NCBI GenBank assembly: GCA_964557845.1 | Contig: CAZLBV010000215.1 | Coordinates: forward strand, 3,582 to 67,581 | DNA from: an uncultured Eubacteriales bacterium | Lineage (GTDB): Bacteria > Acidobacteriota > Aminicenantia > Aminicenantales > Aminicenantaceae | DNA length: 64,000 bases | Direction: 5' to 3' | In this document: positions 19,187 through 28,629 of the stretch, in pieces | Numbering within the stretch: the first letter of the stretch is position 1 | Layout: each line of letters opens with the position of its first letter | Position numbers and translations under genes: made by a program | Notes under the pieces: model-generated | What the model was told of the DNA's origin: nothing | What the model saw: only the letters and a program-made list of their open reading frames with translations | Databases searched by the model: none

Positions 19187-20264
19187 CAACATAGGCTTTT
19201 GCTCTAGGTTCTCCATTTTTGGAATCGGAAATTTGGATTCTGGGACCGACAGGCAAATCACATACAATCTGATCGAATTCCAACCCCCTAGATCTTATTT
19301 TTTCTATGATTCCGAAAATCTTATTACTCGGTCGGGATGTAGTAAGGATAAGAGAATATCCATTGTCCTGCAATTCCTTTAATTTTTCTAAAGAGCCGCC
19401 TATAAATTCTATATCCTCAACCTCATCAAGAGGGACAGCTGAATGTTTTATGATTATACCTTCCAGATCACAGAAAATTGTAGCTTTTCTATTTTGACGA
19501 AATGTTTTTTCGGTGATAGGAATAGGAATGTGAGAAACATTTTCAATCTCAGGGAAAGGGGTCATGTTTCCTTCTGAATCACAAGCAATGGTTTTATCTG
19601 AGAAGTTCTTAAAAAGGAGTTTAAAGAAAATATTTTCGCTGTACATAGTGATAAGATTGCGGATCATGATCTCAGGAAGACTGCGGCGGGTAGTGTCTTT
19701 TTTAAGGATTCGTTCATGACATAGGATATCCGGAGTATTGACCAGTAAGATAATATCCAGATTTTCAAGATATTCGACTCCGCCGAGAATGCAGTTCTCA
19801 AAAAGAATGATACCCTTTTCTATCCCGGCGACATCTATAGTGAGGTCTTTTTTCCCGCTGAGACGGTTATAAGCATTTTTTATATAAAGATCCTTACCCA
19901 TGATCAATTCTCTTAGATCCCGGAAGATAAGCTCAAAATTCCACCAGCTGAACTGGTTGATGGCGTAGAGATAGGCATCTATACCAGTTCTCCATTTTTC
20001 CTGCATCCATAATTTTCTTTCTGCCGAATCAAGATTGAACCTCCAGTCGCCCGAATAAATGATGTTTTCAATTTTATTATGTTTCAGTTCATTTGAAATC
20101 TTATTGACCAGAGTTGTTTTTCCGGAGCCGGCCCTGCCGCACACACCCGCTAGAACTCGCTTTTTGTGGACAGCTAACTCTTTTATTCTATTAACGATTA
20201 AATCAGTGATCTCCACTGATGTATCTCCTTGTTTTTGTGAGCGTGTCTTCAGTTCCGAATTCAA
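19146..20264 (-). CDS. bifunctional fusion: uridine-kinase/phosphoribulokinase-family P-loop kinase + HAD-superfamily phosphatase-like domain
   Basis: 372 aa. The N-terminal half is a UK/PRK-family kinase with Walker A GVCGRAGSGKTT and DIILLVNTPDILCHERILKKDTTRR. The C-terminal half has HAD motif I-like FCDLEGII. Confidence 0.6.
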   Translation of the reverse strand: MNSELKTRSQKQGDTSVEITDLIVNRIKELAVHKKRVLAGVCGRAGSGKTTLVNKISNELKHNKIENIIYSGDWRFNLDSAERKLWMQEKWRTGIDAYLYAINQFSWWNFELIFRDLRELIMGKDLYIKNAYNRLSGKKDLTIDVAGIEKGIILFENCILGGVEYLENLDIILLVNTPDILCHERILKKDTTRRSLPEIMIRNLITMYSENIFFKLLFKNFSDKTIACDSEGNMTPFPEIENVSHIPIPITEKTFRQNRKATIFCDLEGIIIKHSAVPLDEVEDIEFIGGSLEKLKELQDNGYSLILTTSRPSNKIFGIIEKIRSRGLEFDQIVCDLPVGPRIQISDSKNGEPRAKAYVVKKNAGIKKLQIP

Positions 20265-20958
20265 ACATTTTTGTCAGAGGCAGAACAATGGTTCGTGCCT
20301 TTTTAATATAAGGTCGAACAACATCAAAGGCATAATCAATATCTTCAGATTTTGGGTTCAATACGGCTGCATTGTATACGATAGATTTCAGGAGCATGGT
20401 ATTATGGCAGATCATAATTCCTGTGAATCCATTTTTTTTGATAGAATTAAGGTCTTCATTCTCAATAAGGTCTAGTGCGACGCCTTCTTCAACAACAGCC
20501 AAGGTTTTGTATGTCCCATAGACATATCTTTCTTCAGGTATACAAACACCGATAGCATCGTAGTCAACCGAGAATTGTTCCTCGATGATATAATCACAGA
20601 AAGTGATCAACGTGGGGATTCTTGAATTGGCCCGATCCAGAGCGTAGATCAATGATTTTCCGGGACCCCTGAGTTCTGAAACCTCCTCCCGGCTGAATAA
20701 AAGGTTTAGTGATGAATATTTTCCTTTCACATAATTTTTTAGCAGGTCTGCACTGTATCCGACAGTAATAATTATCCGTTCAGCGAGATACTGGTACTTA
20801 GAGATTAAATAATCAATGGCGCGCAGTTCCCCCAGTTCAACCAGGGCTTTGGGAATATAATCCGTCTCAGGTTTAAGCCTCGTGCCGAGTCCGGACGCTA
20901 GGATTATGACATTGAAGGTTTTATTTTTTATACTGAACAATGGCGAAACTTTATACAT
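20203..20958 (-). CDS. sugar-phosphate/phospho-alcohol nucleotidyltransferase (LicC/G1P-NTase family)
   Basis: Called from the internal Met at 20958 (MYKVSPLF...NVIILASGLGTRLKP, the GxGTRL NTP-transferase motif). The track ORF extends further upstream into the neighbouring gene. ATG at 20958 lies 1 nt after the stop of the upstream GT2 gene. Confidence 0.7.
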   Translation of the reverse strand: MYKVSPLFSIKNKTFNVIILASGLGTRLKPETDYIPKALVELGELRAIDYLISKYQYLAERIIITVGYSADLLKNYVKGKYSSLNLLFSREEVSELRGPGKSLIYALDRANSRIPTLITFCDYIIEEQFSVDYDAIGVCIPEERYVYGTYKTLAVVEEGVALDLIENEDLNSIKKNGFTGIMICHNTMLLKSIVYNAAVLNPKSEDIDYAFDVVRPYIKKARTIVLPLTKMFEFGTEDTLTKTRRYISGDH

Positions 20959-20959
20959 A

Positions 20960-21709
20960 TTAAGCCTCTTGGTTTTGTTTATTTTTTTTATTTGGTTTCC
21001 AAAATGCCAGATGGATAATAGTTTTGAGAACAGACCATATATTTTTTGGCTTGAATATCTTCGTTGCTCCTCCACCAGGCCTTTCCACATGAATATAGGG
21101 AACTTCAATATATGTTTTACCTTCTTTTATCGCTTTTATTAGTAGCTCTGATTGGAAGCCGAAGCCGGTGCTGTTGAGTTTTATTTTTTTCAACCACTCT
21201 GTCTTGTGAATCTGTATCCCATTATAATACTTCAGGGATAAACGAAAAAAAACATTCATAAACTTAGTGAATGCCTTTGAGATCAACTGCCTGATTCTAT
21301 TTCTGGATTCAGGATTTTTTATATACCCGCACACTACATCAGCTTTTCCGACAGCCGAAAACACTTCATCAAGTGTTTCTCTAGGAAAAACATTATCGCC
21401 ATGTACCATAACTGAATACTGCATTCGGGCATCATTTCTGCCTGAATTGTAACTGGCACCGAATCCCCTTGTTTCAGGATGTGTGATAACGCGTATCTTG
21501 TTATTATTTCTGAGATTTTCCTCGATGATCGTAAGGGTTCCGTCAGTGCTGCCGTCATTGACAACGATGATCTCGTAATCTTCAAAATTTTTTTCTGCGG
21601 CATACACGGCCGCATCGATAGAGCCTTGAATGTTACCTTCTTCATTCAAGGCTGGGATGATTATGCTTATAGATCTTTTTTTTAATATTTTTTCCCTTTC
21701 AGATGTCAT
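20960..21709 (-). CDS. family-2 glycosyltransferase (dolichyl/polyprenyl-phosphate sugar synthase-like)
   Basis: 249 aa with GT-A motifs: SIIIPALNEE, IIVVNDGSTDGT and a DxD-like VHGDN. Confidence 0.8.
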   Translation of the reverse strand: MTSEREKILKKRSISIIIPALNEEGNIQGSIDAAVYAAEKNFEDYEIIVVNDGSTDGTLTIIEENLRNNNKIRVITHPETRGFGASYNSGRNDARMQYSVMVHGDNVFPRETLDEVFSAVGKADVVCGYIKNPESRNRIRQLISKAFTKFMNVFFRLSLKYYNGIQIHKTEWLKKIKLNSTGFGFQSELLIKAIKEGKTYIEVPYIHVERPGGGATKIFKPKNIWSVLKTIIHLAFWKPNKKNKQNQEA

Positions 21710-21990
21710 GAAGATTTTCTCTATGTTCTGTTATGCTTTTTATATAATTAGTTACCTTAAATTGAAACATCCAAATTTTATAGGCAAACAAAAGATTTTT
21801 CAAGCTGAGAAAGAGAGGAGTTTCCGGCCTTATATCACAAAAAAAGCAAGTTAAACACCATTGATGAAGATCATGCGGGCTATCAACTTGTAAAAAGACA
21901 CTAAATTAACTGGAAAATATAGACTGATTTAAAATAGTGGGATCAATTATTCTGAGTGGAGTGACTTGATCGGATTGGCCATGGACGCGG

Positions 21991-22743
21991 TCATAAGCTT
22001 TTTGCAGCCGAAAGGCCGGGAAATAGACATAACGAAAGTCCCCAGAAAAAATACGATTTGTGGCCAATGACTTCAAGTAGAACGAGAGTACCTTGGACAA
22101 AAGGAGTTATCTGAAGATCGCCCAGGGAAATAGGGAATTCGAATTTTAAATTCAAGTCGCTGAATCCCGTATCAGTGTCATCAGGTAGCCATTGCCCGCC
22201 ATTATAACCGAGAGACCCATATGCATTAATTCCGAAAGATTTCAATGCCTGGAAAAAGAACTCTGCCTCCAGTTCGGCATAAAAACCATCTCCATTGGTA
22301 AAGTCATAATATATATTAAAGGAAGGGCTAACTGGGAGATCGGTCACCTCAACCTGGAGGAAGATCTCATGAGAGGTGTCTTTATTAAATTGAAAATCCT
22401 CGGCAAAATACCAGCCGTAATGGATGATCCCTCCAGTTAGTTGGATCTTTTTGATTCCCGAATAAGTATAGGACAATGTAAGATCAAACTCGTTTACTTC
22501 CTTGTCTTGGAAAGAAAATATTCCATATGCCTCCACGTAAAGTCCTGTATTACCTAAGTTATAGGCGAGCCAAGGGGCCAGAATTGGTTTTTCCCTTGGG
22601 TTAAGATCGAATCCTCTCCATATATAGCTTGAATTGTAATCAGTACCGATCTCCAACTGGGCAGAGAGGGAATTGATTAGAATTAAACTAAGGAGAAGAA
22701 TGGATGTCGTTATAGCCTTAATCATATTTACAGTTTTTCTCAT
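21991..22743 (-). CDS. putative outer-membrane beta-barrel protein (signal peptide + amphipathic beta-strands)
   Basis: 250 aa with an N-terminal signal peptide (ITTSILLLSLILINSLSAQ) and alternating aromatic/hydrophobic beta-strand periodicity. It suggests a diderm host. Confidence 0.45.
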   Translation of the reverse strand: MRKTVNMIKAITTSILLLSLILINSLSAQLEIGTDYNSSYIWRGFDLNPREKPILAPWLAYNLGNTGLYVEAYGIFSFQDKEVNEFDLTLSYTYSGIKKIQLTGGIIHYGWYFAEDFQFNKDTSHEIFLQVEVTDLPVSPSFNIYYDFTNGDGFYAELEAEFFFQALKSFGINAYGSLGYNGGQWLPDDTDTGFSDLNLKFEFPISLGDLQITPFVQGTLVLLEVIGHKSYFFWGLSLCLFPGLSAAKSL

Positions 22744-22825
22744 GGTCAGGTCCGTTGAATCCAGGAACTAGTCTTGTCTATTTCAGCGAGCATTTGCTTC
22801 GACGAGTAAAAATATTAGTAGTCTT

Positions 22826-23533
22826 TTAATCAGTTGAATATTCCCTGATCTTTTTGGCGATCTCGTCTGCCACGATTTCAGCACCGGCATCATTGAGATG
22901 AACACCATCAATAGTGTAGTGAAATTTTCTTTTTTCCGCCTCTTCTGCGATCTTGCGTTTTGATCTTGGGAAGGAAAGGCTGAAAAGCAGCTTAGTTATG
23001 CTGTTGGGTACATAAGGCGAGACTGCTTTGCTTTCCAGAAAAAGTGAAAATACTTGCTGAAGATCTATAAAAGCGGCCTGTTTGAACTCCCTGCATATCT
23101 CTTCAATTATTTTACTTATATCATTTAACTTCCGGTTCCAAATATTGTTAAGATCCTCACCTATAAAAAGAGGTGAAAGTGTAATGACTTTGGAAGATTT
23201 TCCTGTGACAAATTCCATTAGCTTTTTATAGGTGTCTTCAAACTCCTTATAATCTTTAACCCATGGTTGCCCTCTGAGCTTTTTCAGGATCGGAAAGGTC
23301 CAAGAGGTTTTAACAAAAACATCATTGACGCCCACCCAGAGGACCGAGAAATCAAAAGGACTTTCCAATGAAGTGGTCTTAAGCCTTTGGTATAAGCTTA
23401 TTACCGTGTCCCCTCCCTTTCCGTAATTAAACAGATTATGATTTGGTAATTTATTTGCCAGGGCAGATACATAAGAAGCCCCAGGAAATCCTTGGGTGAT
23501 GCTGTCTCCGAAGAAGGCTATTTTCATGGTCAT
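22826..23533 (-). CDS. SGNH/GDSL-family hydrolase (lipase/esterase)
   Basis: 235 aa with the GDSL block at the N-terminus (IAFFGDSITQG) and a C-terminal DxxH block (DGVHLNDAG). Confidence 0.75.
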   Translation of the reverse strand: MTMKIAFFGDSITQGFPGASYVSALANKLPNHNLFNYGKGGDTVISLYQRLKTTSLESPFDFSVLWVGVNDVFVKTSWTFPILKKLRGQPWVKDYKEFEDTYKKLMEFVTGKSSKVITLSPLFIGEDLNNIWNRKLNDISKIIEEICREFKQAAFIDLQQVFSLFLESKAVSPYVPNSITKLLFSLSFPRSKRKIAEEAEKRKFHYTIDGVHLNDAGAEIVADEIAKKIREYSTD

Positions 23534-23594
23534 ACACAGAAAATATTTAGCTTACTATGAATCCGTGCTCCCTATCAAAATGTTTTCAACAGAT

Positions 23595-25130
23595 TCAATT
23601 GCCCGGCAGTTCCTTTGTTTTAAAAAAATTCATGGCTTTGGCAATTCTTACTTTTTCTGATTGAACATCCAGAGGAAATACCTGAATTATAAGATCTTCC
23701 TCAAGGATCTCCTCCGGCATATTGGGATTGGTGTAATTGATAGGTGAGGGGGAATTGGACGTTAGATCGTTTTTGAGAGATTCCGCATCTTCAGTAATTA
23801 TGGCGATATAGATATTCTCATAGTTTAGATATTTTCTTACAGCTTCGTTCACCTGTTCCCGTGTTATTTTGGGCAGCCTTTCCTGTACTTCAGCTAAAAG
23901 ATCTTCATAGCCGTAATAATGAGAATCCATCAGCCAGCCTAATCTTTCACTTAGAGTTTGAGCATAAAGCCGCGTGTAGTTTAAAAGATATGTCCGGGTA
24001 AGTTCAAACCTCTCCTGGGAAATTCCCTCTTCAACCAGGGTTTTTAATTCTCTTAGGGCTTGCCGGATAACAAAGTGCCGGTTGGAATTCGCGAGTGGTC
24101 TTATCCAGATTGAGAAATACTGCTGCTGGCGGCAGTAGTTCGGAGCAGGAAATTTTCCCCGTCCTTGGACAAAGTGATCTGAATAGGCATAATCCCCATA
24201 ATTCTGGCCTCTCTCCTCTCTAATTTTTTGAAAGAGATGGGAGAGGTGCTGCCGGTGTTCTCCAAAATGGGACACAGCGATCCAAAGAGGAAAAAAATCT
24301 TCATGAGCCTTAGTAATAGGGATCGGAAATCCCATTGATATGGCTGTGGCCGGTGTCGGCTTATCAGCAATGCAAATTTCTAAACCTTCAGGTGATCTCT
24401 GAGGCGGCAACTCTAAAGGGGGAGTTTCTTTTTCTGGAAGGATTGAAAAATCCTGAATGATCCTATCTGGGAAATCTGAAGGATATCCTCCAGCTAATCC
24501 AACTATAATATTTCCTTGGACAAAGTGTTCTTGAAAAAAGGATTTAACCTCATCTAAGGTCATGCTCTTGACACTTTCAACTGTACCTGATTCGGTATGG
24601 CCGTAGGGATGATCTTCATACATCATTAGATTTAAGATTTCTTTTCCGAACTGCTCGTCATCATTTCCTGGCAAGGTTTTTTCCAAATAGTTAAGCTGAT
24701 TGGATTTGATCCTAATGAAATCTTCTTCTCGAAATCCGGGATTTAAGAGCATTTCTTTGAAAACTGCGTAGAAATTCTTAAGATTGTCACTGTGGATAGT
24801 ACTGGAGAAAACAGACATTTCCTTTCCTAAATTCAAATGAACAGAAGCTGCCATGGGGTAAAATTTTTGACTTATCTCCGGGTAGGACAGCTCTTTACTA
24901 CCGCCTTCAGCAATCATGCTTAATGCTAAGGCACAGAGCCCTTCTTTCCCAACCGGATCGTTTGCTGACCCTAACTTTAATAGAATACGAAAATTTATGA
25001 GTGGGTTTCCCTGTTCTGGAAGTAATTCCACCTTTAATTGTTGTGTCGATTTTTCTCCGCAGGAAACCAGCAAATAGGATAATCCGAACAAAACAATAAT
25101 TATGGAGGTGATCATAAGGCCGTTTTTCAT
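23595..25130 (-). CDS. M16-family (pitrilysin/insulinase-like) protein, non-catalytic partner subunit, secreted
   Basis: 511 aa with a signal peptide and M16 fold-like layout but no HxxEH motif. It overlaps the upstream active M16 gene by 4 nt. Confidence 0.65.
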   Translation of the reverse strand: MKNGLMITSIIIVLFGLSYLLVSCGEKSTQQLKVELLPEQGNPLINFRILLKLGSANDPVGKEGLCALALSMIAEGGSKELSYPEISQKFYPMAASVHLNLGKEMSVFSSTIHSDNLKNFYAVFKEMLLNPGFREEDFIRIKSNQLNYLEKTLPGNDDEQFGKEILNLMMYEDHPYGHTESGTVESVKSMTLDEVKSFFQEHFVQGNIIVGLAGGYPSDFPDRIIQDFSILPEKETPPLELPPQRSPEGLEICIADKPTPATAISMGFPIPITKAHEDFFPLWIAVSHFGEHRQHLSHLFQKIREERGQNYGDYAYSDHFVQGRGKFPAPNYCRQQQYFSIWIRPLANSNRHFVIRQALRELKTLVEEGISQERFELTRTYLLNYTRLYAQTLSERLGWLMDSHYYGYEDLLAEVQERLPKITREQVNEAVRKYLNYENIYIAIITEDAESLKNDLTSNSPSPINYTNPNMPEEILEEDLIIQVFPLDVQSEKVRIAKAMNFFKTKELPGN

Positions 25131-26470
25131 TGATTGTTTCCTCCTGAGAGGGCGGCCACGGTGCTATTTGTGATGGCCAGGTATTTGTTTGCCATATCTT
25201 GCAGATCCTGAGGAGTGATTTTTTCATACAGATCAAAAAGTTTGTTAACGGTTCCTGGGTCAGCGGTTAAGCTGAGATAGAAAGCCAAGGTACTGGCGAT
25301 GCCATCTGTCGTTTCCAAAGATCTGGAGAAGGTGTATTTAAGGTTTGATTTTATATCGGAAAGAACATCGTTGGATATCAGTTCAGTCTTTAAGCTTTTT
25401 AGTTCCTTGAAGATTTCATCTTCAACCAGGGCCAGGTCTTTATCATCATTTAAAACTGCATTGATGGTGAGAAGGTGTGGATCTCTTCGGTCGGGAAAAC
25501 TGGCATATAAAGAAACGCATTTTTGTTCTGCTATTACCAATTTTTGATAAAGGCGAGATCTTTGCGAAAAAGCAATTTCACCAATGAGGTCGAGGGCGGC
25601 CTTATCTATAACTTCATCTGAATAAGCAGGGCCATGAAATCCGATGGCCAATCTGGGAAGTGTCCTGGTAGGCCATTCATAATGGATTCTTTTCGCTTCG
25701 ATCTGGTCCGGTTCCTCTGGAGTTTCCAGAACATACCCGGATTTTTCCCAATCACTGTAATAATTACGAATATATTCCATTAACTGTAAATGATCATAAT
25801 CACCGGCAACAAGAAGGATACAGTTATCCGGTGCGTAAAAACGTTTCTTATACAGTTGGCTGTATTCATGCTGATTGGGCATATCCTGAATGTCCTCAAG
25901 ATAACCAATAGTGGTATGTTTATAAGAGTGTTTTTCAAAGGCATTATCCCTGAGGATTTCATTTATTTTTCGGCTGGGATTGGAGACGCTGGCATAATAT
26001 TCCCCTTCGATAACAGATGCTTCTGTTTTTAGCATTTCTTCATCATAGTAGAGGTTGATGAATCTGTCGGCTTCTGTTCTGACTACGCTTTCCAGGTTTT
26101 CCCTGCCGGCAAAAATGATAAAATATATGGTGTAATCATCGCTGGTATAACCATTTGTTTCTGCACCAAGATGAGTGAGAAAATCATCGTATGCTTCTCT
26201 AGGCATTGTTTTGGTACCTTTGAACATCATGTGTTCAAAAAAGTGGGCAAACCCTGATTTTCCTGGTTCGATCTCGTTTCTCGATCCTGATCTTACGATG
26301 GTATAGTAAGCTATGATATGAGGATTATTTAGCGGAATAGATACGATTTTCAGTCCATTCTCAAGTTCTTCAAGCTTGTATTCATAAGGGAAAATTTCAG
26401 AAGCCTGGAGCAGCACCGGCACGACTAAGAGAAAAACAAGAATGAGTGTGCAGTGAAGAGATTTTAACAT
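25127..26470 (-). CDS. M16-family zinc metallopeptidase (active subunit), secreted
   Basis: 447 aa with a signal peptide and the inverted zincin motif HFFEHMMFKGT (HxxEH). Confidence 0.8.
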   Translation of the reverse strand: MLKSLHCTLILVFLLVVPVLLQASEIFPYEYKLEELENGLKIVSIPLNNPHIIAYYTIVRSGSRNEIEPGKSGFAHFFEHMMFKGTKTMPREAYDDFLTHLGAETNGYTSDDYTIYFIIFAGRENLESVVRTEADRFINLYYDEEMLKTEASVIEGEYYASVSNPSRKINEILRDNAFEKHSYKHTTIGYLEDIQDMPNQHEYSQLYKKRFYAPDNCILLVAGDYDHLQLMEYIRNYYSDWEKSGYVLETPEEPDQIEAKRIHYEWPTRTLPRLAIGFHGPAYSDEVIDKAALDLIGEIAFSQRSRLYQKLVIAEQKCVSLYASFPDRRDPHLLTINAVLNDDKDLALVEDEIFKELKSLKTELISNDVLSDIKSNLKYTFSRSLETTDGIASTLAFYLSLTADPGTVNKLFDLYEKITPQDLQDMANKYLAITNSTVAALSGGNNQ

Positions 26471-26565
26471 TATTTTTCTCCTACTAAAAAGTAAAGGGCA
26501 TTTTCTCCTGAAAGGAATATATCAAAAAACACTTTTTTAAACAATAAGGCAGACAAATCCCAGGC

Positions 26566-27048
26566 CTATTTTTTTCTTTGATCAAAATTGTCTAACCATC
26601 CAATTCGGATATTTTCCTTCCTGTCTCTGTCCGTATAGGGTTTGATGTCGAGAACCGGTGTGCCGTCGAGCATATCTATGCCTGAGACAGAGATGATATT
26701 CTTTTTTATATCCAATAAACGGGCTACAGTCATTCCTATCGGATTAGGCCGATGAGGGCTGCGGGTCGCGAACACTCCCCGTTTTTTCCCATCAAAAGGC
26801 GGATTAGCGTGTAGTTTATCCACTTGTTGGCTATGATGGAAAGCAAAGATCAAGATAATATGAGAAAAACCTTTCAGATCCTTAAGGCCGTTTACATATT
26901 CCTCAAGGACTTCGACTTGACCAACTATGTCTTCATAACCAGAGGGATCCGTATTCTTTTTAGAGGGGATATCTTCCTTCTTTTTATATTTAGAATGAAC
27001 GAATCCGATCGGTTTAAACTTGAAGTCACCTTGATTTGATTTAATCAT
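26566..27048 (-). CDS. trmO: tRNA (adenine37-N6)-methyltransferase TrmO/TsaA (YaeB family)
   Basis: 160 aa with RSPHRPNPIGMTVARL and DGTPVLDIKPY, the hallmark motifs of the YaeB/TsaA family. Confidence 0.8.
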   Translation of the reverse strand: MIKSNQGDFKFKPIGFVHSKYKKKEDIPSKKNTDPSGYEDIVGQVEVLEEYVNGLKDLKGFSHIILIFAFHHSQQVDKLHANPPFDGKKRGVFATRSPHRPNPIGMTVARLLDIKKNIISVSGIDMLDGTPVLDIKPYTDRDRKENIRIGWLDNFDQRKK

Positions 27049-28006
27049 ATATCATTGTCAGCCATTTGTGGAACTTCGGGATCTTGCCTTGAACAACATT
27101 AAGGTATGTTTCCCTAATCTTTTGGGTTAATTCACCGCTTTTTCCGGTTCCGATCTTTATCTCTGATGGATTTTCAGCTTTCTCGGAGCCATCGGTTATC
27201 TGAATGATGGGAGTTACTTCTGCTGCGGTACCACAGAAGAATGCTTCGTCTGCTTCGAACAGCTCATTTTTTGTGATGGGGGCTACTTTCGTCTTAATTC
27301 CCATTTCTTCAGCCATCTCGAGGATGCTGGTACGTGTAATCCCCTCTAATATCGAAGCTGTTCTGTCATTAGTTTTTAATATTCCCTTATGGTAAATAAA
27401 AATATTCTCTCCTGGCCCTTCTGCGACATGTCCTTCCAAATTCAAAAAGAGCGCTTCATCAAACCCCTTCTCCCGCGCTGTCATTCCACAGATGGTAGAT
27501 TGAACATAAGCTCCCCCTAATTTTGCTCCCATGTCGAATTGGCTGTGGTGAATTCTTTTTTGGGGGAGAATATAAACATGAACCCCGGTGACGGCTTTGT
27601 CTCCCAAATATGCACCCCACTCCCAGGCGGCAACCAGAAGTTCCACCGGACAGAATTTTGGCGTGAGGCCTAAATTCCCGAAGGAGTAGAAAAGAAGCGG
27701 CCGGATATAGGCTGCTTTAAGCTGATTTTCTTTCATTATGGTTTTTATTATGGAAATTATTTCTTCTTTGGAATGCTGTACCTTCATTTTTAAAACAGAT
27801 GCAGAGTGAAAAAAACGGTCCATATGCTCAGATAAGCGGAATACAGCCGGCCCTTTCTCTGTCTCATAGGCGCGGATTCCCTCGAAAACAGAAGTCCCAT
27901 AATGAAGAGTATGGGTAAAAGGATGGACCGATGCTTTGGAAATTTCGTGGATTTCACCCTGGAACCAATACTTTTTCGCTTTGGGAAAATGGGATGAATC
28001 AAACAT
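27041..28006 (-). CDS. ilvE: branched-chain-amino-acid aminotransferase (fold-type IV PLP)
   Basis: 321 aa with SVFEGIRAYETEKG and the class-IV aminotransferase signature. The layout is IlvE-like. Confidence 0.85.
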   Translation of the reverse strand: MFDSSHFPKAKKYWFQGEIHEISKASVHPFTHTLHYGTSVFEGIRAYETEKGPAVFRLSEHMDRFFHSASVLKMKVQHSKEEIISIIKTIMKENQLKAAYIRPLLFYSFGNLGLTPKFCPVELLVAAWEWGAYLGDKAVTGVHVYILPQKRIHHSQFDMGAKLGGAYVQSTICGMTAREKGFDEALFLNLEGHVAEGPGENIFIYHKGILKTNDRTASILEGITRTSILEMAEEMGIKTKVAPITKNELFEADEAFFCGTAAEVTPIIQITDGSEKAENPSEIKIGTGKSGELTQKIRETYLNVVQGKIPKFHKWLTMIYD

Positions 28007-28059
28007 GTTCTCTCCTTTTTAGTATTTTATTGTTTATTAAAGATTATAAGATCGCATGG

Positions 28060-28629
28060 TTATTCAATGACTGTAAATTCCCACGCACAATAGACATCCG
28101 GAGGATGAGGATCAGGAGGGCAGGTTATACATCTGGTCTGTATTCTGGGATCGATGGTGCGGGCAAAACCGCTGTACTCAACGACCCCTACAGGCTTGCA
28201 GGGAAAATCCGGTAATCCCTTTCTTTTCCTAGCATCCTGGACCCTGCACTTGTTCATCCGGAAAACACAACTGTTTTTCTGGATGTCGATGACCTCCTGG
28301 ACGTTGATATGGGCATAGAGCCTGAATTTTAAAGCTTGAATTAAAGCAGGTATACCACCCCCTGGCTGGATATTAAGACGATTCATGATCCTTTTGGCTT
28401 CAATGACGGTAAAATCCTCCCAGGCTGTTTTGTCCAACTCCATCGCTGTTTCCATCCCGAATTTTTTTTCTGCAGCCTGAAACCATAATCCGTCATGGGC
28501 CAACCAGTTTTTAGCGGCGTCTTTAAGAAGTTCCCTTAATTCCTCCTTGGACATATCTTGGATTTCTTTCATTATTTCTCCTATGACCTGATTTTTATTG
28601 TTTACAGAAGTTCTTTCAGACCGGTTCAT
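28060..28629 (-). CDS. hypothetical cysteine-rich protein, co-transcribed with a radical SAM gene
   Basis: 189-aa ORF whose start overlaps the radical SAM gene end by 14 nt. The C-terminus is Cys/Pro-rich (CRVQDARKRKGLPDFPCKPVG...RCITCPPDPHPPDVYCAWEF). I recognise no family. Confidence 0.35.
   Translation of the reverse strand: MNRSERTSVNNKNQVIGEIMKEIQDMSKEELRELLKDAAKNWLAHDGLWFQAAEKKFGMETAMELDKTAWEDFTVIEAKRIMNRLNIQPGGGIPALIQALKFRLYAHINVQEVIDIQKNSCVFRMNKCRVQDARKRKGLPDFPCKPVGVVEYSGFARTIDPRIQTRCITCPPDPHPPDVYCAWEFTVIE

Noticed and set aside
21991-22743. Possible frameshift at the C-terminus of the beta-barrel protein (track also lists overlapping ORF 21906-22100)
   Set aside because: The main ORF is complete and the overlapping ORF is short and in another frame. 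Not having a terminal Phe is not enough to call a frameshift.
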